Of a stretch of DNA of 6,727 nucleotides, positions 1 to 5,424 are shown one piece after another. The notes beneath the pieces are model-generated. The model was not told the origin of the DNA and ran no database searches. It saw only the letters and a list, made by a program, of their open reading frames with translations. How positions within the stretch are numbered: position 1 is the first letter of the stretch; each line of letters opens with the position of its first letter. The position numbers and the translations under genes are program-made. The stretch is from positions 1 through 6,727 of IMG/VR virus record IMGVR_UViG_3300026877_000059; one strand, 5' to 3'.

Positions 1-3000
1 TGAGATATGATTTGAGATATGTTAGGCAGATTCTTTCCTTCTATTACATTAGTTGTTTTTATTTCGTTGGGGTTTATCTCAGTCTTAGACGTGAACGTTG
101 TCTCATTTCCTAACACGTCTTTAAGTTTCAGGTACTCATTTCTTACAACGTTGCCTGTAAGCTTATTTGCTAACTCGTACTCGATACTCTGCAAGTTTTC
201 GTTATTCTTCAATAGTTGCTCTATCACGTTTTTATTCAGCGTAACGAAGTTACCTACACTGTCCTCTGCAAATTTTTCCAGTTTAGCTAATGCCACAGGG
301 TCTTCTATCGCTTCCATCTTCGCAATATTGCCGTCTTTGTAAAACACATCGTAGAATTTACCACCGACATATGCTATGCCCTCATCTGGGGATATTTTCA
401 CTATGTTGCCGTCTGCCGTTTTGAGATCATCAAACAGCTGTTTGGCGACAGTCGACGATAGGTTAAGCTTGATAGTGTCCAGAGCTGTGGCTAAATCGTT
501 TGAAGAAAGAGCGTTCTTTATAGTTTCTTCGCTAACCGTTGTGAGCTTGACTTTGCCATTTTCAAATGATGCAACAACATCGTCAATAAGTTTTGGCGTA
601 ACATCCACTTTTATATCATCAGCAAGGTCTTTGCTTAACTTTACTGCAATCTTACTGGCTCCGTCAAACGCTTTTATTTTTACATCTTTGAAAATGTCAT
701 AAGTCTCTATCGTAATCTTTGTATCTGATATGTGACTTCTGACGAATTCGTATGCGTCTCCTTCAATCTTTACTATCTTGTTACCTACCCCCTTCAGTGC
801 CTTAATATCCAGCTTGTCTAGCTTTACCTCTTTTACCAAGTCATTGATTTTTGAGAAGTCTGGTGATTCAGTTACATCGCTCTTAACAGTATCGGTGACA
901 TTATTGCTTATTTTTGATATGTCGACCTTGTCCTTTATAGTATTCTCAATTTTTGACAGAACTGACTTTACGCTGTCCGTAGTCTTAAGTAAATCAATAT
1001 TGTCTATGTTGGCTGGTTCTATCAACCTTGTTGCAATTACATTAACTATAAGTGTCACTATCATTGCTATTGACGTTGGGTTTGTAAACATCTGTTTGAA
1101 AGAATTAACGGTTTCGTTGAATGACGCAGAACCGGCTAACAAATCAAATATTGTACTAGAAACAAAAGATATCGTCGCCATTACATCGAAGACTTGTCCA
1201 ACAATAGGAATAGCAGAGATTGCTATAAATATTGCACCGTCGACGATCCCTGCTAAGATTTCAGTGAAAATGTTCTTACCTAAATGCGAATAAATAAAGT
1301 TGTTAATATCATTCATCATATTGTTTAAACCGGTATTGAAGGTGTTAGCAAAACCTTCAAACACGTTAAGGAACGGATTACTTTCGGCACTCTGTATCTG
1401 TTCCTCAATTGCGTTATATTGCTGTTGGATCTGTGATACGACTTGAGAAAGGTTCTGTTGTAGCTGAGGGGAAACATATTGTGCTAAGTTCTCAGCATCT
1501 TGGGCGTACTGAAGTGCGTTCTGCAAATTAGTAGCTACTGGTTGCATTTGTTGGACGAAATTGAACGTTTCGGACAATGCTTGCCCCCAGGAAGACGCTT
1601 GTAAATGAGCCTGTTGTAATGAGGAATTCATCAGAGGCAAGTAATACGTATTGATACCTATGGTAGCTATAAGGCTATTCAAGAACTGTTTTTGTTGTGA
1701 TTGAAGGGACGGGTTATTATTAACGTCCTGTATCGCTTTGAAGTAATTATTGTTCAATACGTCGTTATACACATCATTTATATTAGTACCCTGTGTAGCT
1801 TTCAATAATTCATTATAATAATATAAAGCAGAAACCCAGTCCCCGTTACTTAACGCATTCTTTATTTGTTGCTCTAAAGATTGTGCATTCTGCAACACAC
1901 TTACTGCTTTGTTAATATTTGATATCTCATTCTGAATGTTTTGGTATGCCTGCGAATTTGACGACGGAATATACTGAAGTGCTTGTTGGAGATACCCCTT
2001 TGCCTGTTCCATCGAAGAAATTTTAGCATCAACAGATGAGGAATTCTGTGCTTGCTGAAGAAGATCATTAGCCTGTGCAATTAGGGAGTAGAATTCGCCC
2101 ATATTTGCGAATTGTTGTGCAATAGGTTGGAGTGCTTGATACTGAGAAAGGTATTGTGACGCTTCCTTGTAAGCTTGAGCTAAGGCTTGTGCCGAATTTC
2201 CACCCATGCTATGTCCATATTGTATATGTCTTTCAGTTTCAGTAGTTGCAGAAGCTATTATGTTAAAGGCATGGAATAGAGCTGAGTAGTTAGTCTCGTT
2301 TTCCTGTAATGATTGGATTATTTGATGTCTTACTTTATCAACATCGTTATCAGTAATGTTGAGTGAATTTATCTTCTGCATTGCCTTCTGTATTGTAGAA
2401 ACTACATTCTGGTAATATTTCACATAATCCGAGGGGGTACTTAAGTTACTTTGATTGTTTAATGAACTTTCAATAGAGGAATATGCACTTGCAGTAGTTC
2501 CGAATAATTGAGAAAACTGTTCTAATGCAGTATTCTCTTTTTCAAATTGATTCATATCAAATGGCGGTGTGGCGTTTATTTGCTCAAAGAGGGAGTTAGT
2601 TTGTATAGCTGAAGACATTGCGTTCTTTAACACCCTAAGAGCTTCCGTATAGTTGTTCATTAAAGCCAAGAAATATGCTGATGGGGAATTAGCATTTACT
2701 TTCTGAGTTGTGAGTGTGTTTACAGTCTTCAAGGCATCTAACGTTTGTTGGGTCTTCTCAAGCCCTGACAGATAAGTTTGAACTTGGGTCTGGTAGTTTT
2801 GTGCGATTTCAAACAGCTGTTTGGCGGAACTTTGCATATCATAGCTCTCGCTCTCACTCAACAACTGCAGAGCTTGCGAAATATCGCTTAGAATCTTATC
2901 TTTATTCGCTAGGATTGTTTTAGTGTTGGTGGACGGCGATGTGTTGTTTTGCGATGGCGTAAGCAATTGCTGAGCCTCTGCTAACAACTGCAGAGCTTGC

Positions 3001-4304
3001 GAAATGTTCTTTGCGTCTTGGATATCACCTTGGACTGACTGTAAATTTATTTGAAGATATTTAGAAGCCTTTTCCAAAACTTGATAGTTCTGCTGAAGAA
3101 TTTGATACACGCTGTCGAAATATTGAGAAAGAGAAAGAAATGTTTGCGTTGAAGGTGGTTGGGGTAATTGCTGTAAGCCCTCTAAAATCGTGAAACCTTG
3201 AATATATAAAGTTAAATTTATGTTAATATCGTTCTGTTGTGCTATTTGCGAAGCTTCTTGCAGATATTGGACAGCATCAGAATAATTTCCACTTTCTGCT
3301 TCTTGTTGCCCTTTTTTTATATCTTCAAGTATTTGCAGGTAGGCAGTGTATTTAGTATACATTTCCTGGACAGTGTCGGATAACGAACTTGCTAAACCTG
3401 ATAATGGTGTATTGTCAGCGTTAACGTTCTGTAGTTGATTCTGAGCCTGTTTTATAAGGTTTATTGCACTCTGTATTGCAGACATTGAATTATTGTTCTG
3501 TTCTGCAATATTCTGTGCATTAACTAATAGATTGACTATATTCAGAAGCTGAGAACTGACCTGTTCAGACTGTTGGTAATCGTTTGCAAGAGATGAAAAA
3601 TTGTTGTAATAACGTGATGCTTCTGTAGCGTACTGTGATGCAGTGGCGAAGAACGATTTTAATGATTGTAGATATTGTTGTAACTTCTGTAATGTTATTT
3701 CTCCCTGTGGTGGTTGCGGGAACGCAGGTATCTTCGCTAAGTAAGAAACAGCTGTTGTGACGTTTTCAAGCCCCTTGTTACTGATGTTATGTTGTTGTGC
3801 TAATTGCAGTGCCTGCTGGAGGTACTGATAAGCTTCTGCGAAGTTTGCTTTTTCCAATTCACTGTTAGCGTTATTGATGTACTGTTGTATCTGTTGTAGT
3901 GCCTGCACTGTCTGTATTTGTTGCTGTATTTGCGTTACATTAATTACGTTTGGATATTGTTGGGCTATTTGCAGAGCCTGGTTTAGGTCACTCAAAGCGG
4001 TGTTATAATCATCGTTCTTCAATGCCTCGTTTGCAGAATTGAAAAGTTGGATAACGTTAATGTAAGCGAAATAAGGCTGTAAGTTAATGTTCGGGTTTAG
4101 TTTTTGTGCGTTTTGTAAATCTGTTAATGCCTGGTTGATGTTGCCGTTCTCTGCGTCATTAATTGCCTGTTGTACATATATTAACGCTTGGATTTTTTGG
4201 GCAGTTTGAGTCAAACCGTTCTGTTGGGCTAACTGTAAGGCTTGTTGGTATTTACCCTCGGAAATTAACTGGTTTATCTGCTGTGAGATAGGATTAGCAC
4301 TCAT
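1..4304 (-). CDS. Giant (>=1434 aa, 3'-truncated) TPR-like/coiled-coil membrane-associated protein; probable bicaudavirus large virion protein (ATV ORF1940-like class)
   Basis: Manual translation from ATG at 4304 (MSANPISQQINQLISEGKYQQALQLAQQNG...) finds no stop down to position 1 (...KNLPNISQIIS). It is presumably absent from the ORF track because the stop lies outside the window. It has repeated TPR-like helices (YQQALQLAQQ, LNQALQIAQQ, LQQALQLAQQ, LQEASQIAQQ), a hydrophobic block at about aa 1016-1092 and a charged C-terminal region. The ORF itself is secure; the family label is inferred from context. Confidence 0.9.
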   Translation of the reverse strand, partial: MSANPISQQINQLISEGKYQQALQLAQQNGLTQTAQKIQALIYVQQAINDAENGNINQALTDLQNAQKLNPNINLQPYFAYINVIQLFNSANEALKNDDYNTALSDLNQALQIAQQYPNVINVTQIQQQIQTVQALQQIQQYINNANSELEKANFAEAYQYLQQALQLAQQHNISNKGLENVTTAVSYLAKIPAFPQPPQGEITLQKLQQYLQSLKSFFATASQYATEASRYYNNFSSLANDYQQSEQVSSQLLNIVNLLVNAQNIAEQNNNSMSAIQSAINLIKQAQNQLQNVNADNTPLSGLASSLSDTVQEMYTKYTAYLQILEDIKKGQQEAESGNYSDAVQYLQEASQIAQQNDININLTLYIQGFTILEGLQQLPQPPSTQTFLSLSQYFDSVYQILQQNYQVLEKASKYLQINLQSVQGDIQDAKNISQALQLLAEAQQLLTPSQNNTSPSTNTKTILANKDKILSDISQALQLLSESESYDMQSSAKQLFEIAQNYQTQVQTYLSGLEKTQQTLDALKTVNTLTTQKVNANSPSAYFLALMNNYTEALRVLKNAMSSAIQTNSLFEQINATPPFDMNQFEKENTALEQFSQLFGTTASAYSSIESSLNNQSNLSTPSDYVKYYQNVVSTIQKAMQKINSLNITDNDVDKVRHQIIQSLQENETNYSALFHAFNIIASATTETERHIQYGHSMGGNSAQALAQAYKEASQYLSQYQALQPIAQQFANMGEFYSLIAQANDLLQQAQNSSSVDAKISSMEQAKGYLQQALQYIPSSNSQAYQNIQNEISNINKAVSVLQNAQSLEQQIKNALSNGDWVSALYYYNELLKATQGTNINDVYNDVLNNNYFKAIQDVNNNPSLQSQQKQFLNSLIATIGINTYYLPLMNSSLQQAHLQASSWGQALSETFNFVQQMQPVATNLQNALQYAQDAENLAQYVSPQLQQNLSQVVSQIQQQYNAIEEQIQSAESNPFLNVFEGFANTFNTGLNNMMNDINNFIYSHLGKNIFTEILAGIVDGAIFIAISAIPIVGQVFDVMATISFVSSTIFDLLAGSASFNETVNSFKQMFTNPTSIAMIVTLIVNVIATRLIEPANIDNIDLLKTTDSVKSVLSKIENTIKDKVDISKISNNVTDTVKSDVTESPDFSKINDLVKEVKLDKLDIKALKGVGNKIVKIEGDAYEFVRSHISDTKITIETYDIFKDVKIKAFDGASKIAVKLSKDLADDIKVDVTPKLIDDVVASFENGKVKLTTVSEETIKNALSSNDLATALDTIKLNLSSTVAKQLFDDLKTADGNIVKISPDEGIAYVGGKFYDVFYKDGNIAKMEAIEDPVALAKLEKFAEDSVGNFVTLNKNVIEQLLKNNENLQSIEYELANKLTGNVVRNEYLKLKDVLGNETTFTSKTEINPNEIKTTNVIEGKNLPNISQIIS
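430..447. repeat. Dispersed palindrome copy 1: TCAAACAGCTGTTTGGCG (perfect 14-bp palindrome at 431-444)
   Basis: Read directly; identical over 18 bp to 2809-2826. Confidence 0.85.
1086..1099. repeat. Dispersed palindrome copy 2: TCAAACAGATGTTT on the minus strand
   Basis: Plus strand AAACATCTGTTTGA; one central mismatch to the main form. Confidence 0.7.
2809..2826. repeat. Dispersed palindrome copy 3: TCAAACAGCTGTTTGGCG (perfect 14-bp palindrome at 2810-2823)
   Basis: Read directly; identical over 18 bp to 430-447. Confidence 0.85.
2860..3005. repeat. Exact 23-bp direct repeat AACAACTGCAGAGCTTGCGAAAT (2860-2882 and 2983-3005)
   Basis: Both copies encode ISQALQLL in frame, 123 bp (41 codons) apart. 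Confidence 0.85.
3746..3757. repeat. Dispersed palindrome near copy: AAACAGCTGTTG (10-bp perfect core at 3747-3756)
   Basis: 11/12 match to AAACAGCTGTTT, in a different codon phase from the other intragenic copies. Confidence 0.6.
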
Positions 4305-4316
4305 TATATATATCTC

Positions 4317-4330
4317 TCAAACAGCTGTTT
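4317..4330. repeat. Dispersed palindrome copy 4 (intergenic): TCAAACAGCTGTTT
   Basis: Read directly; the 12-bp core lies 15-26 nt upstream of the giant gene's ATG. Confidence 0.85.
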
Positions 4331-4337
4331 AAAAAAA
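4331..4337 (-). terminator. Possible oligo-T terminator (T7) for the upstream three-gene unit
   Basis: T7 run 33-39 nt after the stop at 4370; archaeal intrinsic terminators are U-tracts. The same bases also form the putative TATA box. Confidence 0.35.
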
Positions 4338-4369
4338 TTATTAGATTTTTCTCTTCTCCTCCCGCTCTG

Positions 4370-4696
4370 CTATCTTTCCCTTAAAAACCAGTAGATAAAC
4401 GCCAGACCAATAATCATTATGAACACTACAATATCAAAAAACGGGTATGCAATAATGCTGTATAACATTAGCAATACATTGTATTGTTGGGAATAATACT
4501 GCGGTTGGTTTAGGGTAAATGTAGAATTAGCTATCTGTATCGATTCTTTTGTGCTATTTGTATATATTATAGAAGAGTTAGAGATGATGAGAGTTTGTTT
4601 GGTTACAAGGTTGAAGAACGGGAAAGCTACGAATACTAACATTGTAGCTAACGCAAAAAATATTACTGCCGTAGTTATGGACGGTTTCAATTGCAT
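4370..4696 (-). CDS. Small 108-aa membrane/hydrophobic hairpin protein (two hydrophobic helices, N/S/T/Q-rich loop); candidate minor virion protein
   Basis: GGTGA SD inside the end of the upstream gene (GAAGGTGATTAAGA-ATG). Hydrophobic N-terminal segment (ITTAVIFFALATMLVFVAFPFF) and C-terminal segment (IIAYPFFDIVVFIMIIGLAFIYWFL); loop sequons NSS, NST, NST. Confidence 0.85.
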   Translation of the reverse strand: MQLKPSITTAVIFFALATMLVFVAFPFFNLVTKQTLIISNSSIIYTNSTKESIQIANSTFTLNQPQYYSQQYNVLLMLYSIIAYPFFDIVVFIMIIGLAFIYWFLRER

Positions 4697-4698
4697 TC

Positions 4699-4953
4699 TT
4701 AATCACCTTCTTCCCTTATTGATAATGCTATAATAAAAATGAGAGCTACAACTATGCCTATTCCAAGTCCATACATCCAGTAGTTTATATACGGGACAAA
4801 ACTAGTGTAAGCAGTATGTATATCTGCGGAGACTACATGTGAAATATTGTTGGTAGGCTGAACAGTTTTAGACACGTTAGACTGTACAACGTTAAAAATA
4901 TTGAAAATATACACAAGAAGACCGAAAACTACAACGAATATTATCGTAAACAT
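4699..4953 (-). CDS. Small hydrophobic hairpin membrane protein (84 aa as called; probably 105 aa from ATG 5015 via a -1 shift or indel)
   Basis: Two hydrophobic helices flank a polar loop with an NIS sequon. The frame stays open upstream to 5016, and the ATG at 4953 has no SD motif. Confidence 0.8.
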   Translation of the reverse strand: MFTIIFVVVFGLLVYIFNIFNVVQSNVSKTVQPTNNISHVVSADIHTAYTSFVPYINYWMYGLGIGIVVALIFIIALSIREEGD

Positions 4954-5016
4954 AGCAATAACTATGAAAGAAATAGATGAACGTAACGCTGTTGCTAGAT
5001 CAGAAAAAAACCCATT

Positions 5017-5382
5017 TTAGTCACCCATGTTCAGAATTTGAGATTCTTCATAGCCGTTAGCCCACTCTTCTAATGTTTGTAATATTCCGCGTTTTTTAGC
5101 TTCCTTAAGTATTTCTTTCCTAACATATTCTGGTACAGGTGTGCCGTCTGGTACACCGTTCTCTTTTATTACATGTCTTATTAGAAGGACTAACCCGTGT
5201 AACGCTTTCTTCAGGGGTGGGAAGGCGTCAGACCAAGCCTCGTCCCCTGCGAGTTTTAGTGATATTTCTGGATAGTCTATTTCACCTTTTATAAATAATA
5301 GAAAGTCATGTAGTGCGTCTCTTGCATACTTCTCTGGATGTAAGTCGTCGAACTCAGATCTAACCCAATTTGACCAATTCAT
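5017..5382 (-). CDS. Bicaudavirus ATV p131-like four-helix-bundle structural protein (historically 'major coat protein' family), about 121 aa
   Basis: KYARDALHDFLLFIKGEIDYPEISLKLAGDEA...KKALHGLVLLI matches, from memory, the ATV p131 segment DYAGGAVKILDMFENGQLGYPEVTLKLAGEEA...KEAIHAIVKMI. I prefer ATG 5382 over the track's TTG 5394 because GGGTGG (SD-like) lies at 5392-5387. Confidence 0.8.
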   Translation of the reverse strand: MNWSNWVRSEFDDLHPEKYARDALHDFLLFIKGEIDYPEISLKLAGDEAWSDAFPPLKKALHGLVLLIRHVIKENGVPDGTPVPEYVRKEILKEAKKRGILQTLEEWANGYEESQILNMGD

Positions 5383-5393
5383 TTTTCCACCCA

Positions 5394-5407
5394 AAACATA
5401 TGTTTGA
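5394..5407. repeat. Dispersed palindrome copy 5 (intergenic): TCAAACATATGTTT on the minus strand
   Basis: Perfect 12-bp palindrome AAACATATGTTT; both central bases differ (GC to TA) while symmetry is retained. Confidence 0.75.
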
Positions 5408-5422
5408 GTAATGGTTAAAAAA
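5394..5422 (-). promoter_or_regulatory. Putative TATA box (TTTTTTAA, 5422-5415) followed by the palindrome AAACATATGTTT (5394-5405), upstream of the p131-like gene
   Basis: Minus strand reads TAA-TATTTTTTAACCATTACTCAAACATATGTTTTGGGTGGAAAA-ATG. The T6 run could also terminate the upstream gene. Confidence 0.55.
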
Positions 5423-5424
5423 TA

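Larger units (their letters stand above)
4317..4337 (-). promoter_or_regulatory. Putative archaeal TATA box (TTTTTAAA) for the leaderless giant gene, overlapped by the palindrome AAACAGCTGTTT
   Basis: Minus strand reads TAATTTTTTTAAACAGCTGTTTGAGAGATATATATA-ATG. The T-run/AAA lies 24-33 nt upstream of the ATG at 4304 and there is no SD motif, the usual geometry of leaderless Sulfolobales transcripts. Confidence 0.6.

Noticed and set aside
1-21. TGAGATATG direct repeat (1-9 and 13-21)
   Set aside because: Only 9 bp at the window edge, explained by ISQ-IIS(Q/H) coding; cannot be evaluated without flanking sequence.
19-1293. Plus-strand ORFs 19-342, 376-702 and 778-1293
   Set aside because: Antisense shadows of the giant minus-strand gene; their S/L/F/I-rich composition is what the reverse complement of K/D/E-rich codons produces, and they lack evident SD or promoter signals.
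2700-2830. Possible frameshift within the giant ORF near palindrome copy 3
   Set aside because: Careful re-reading across line breaks shows the frame is continuous (…SSAKQLFEIAQNYQTQVQTYLSGLEK…).
2714-2923. Plus-strand 69-aa ORF
   Set aside because: Short, lies wholly antisense within the giant ORF, and has no recognisable features.
4551-4733. Plus-strand 60-aa ORF
   Set aside because: Antisense to two well-supported, SD-coupled minus-strand genes.
5383-5394. TTG start at 5394 for the p131-like gene
   Set aside because: It overlaps the palindrome edge and would place the SD-like GGGTGG inside the CDS; ATG 5382 fits better.
430-5407. Palindrome copies as a CRISPR or mini-CRISPR array
   Set aside because: Units are only 12-18 bp, spaced irregularly 0.6-1.7 kb apart, and mostly inside an intact ORF.
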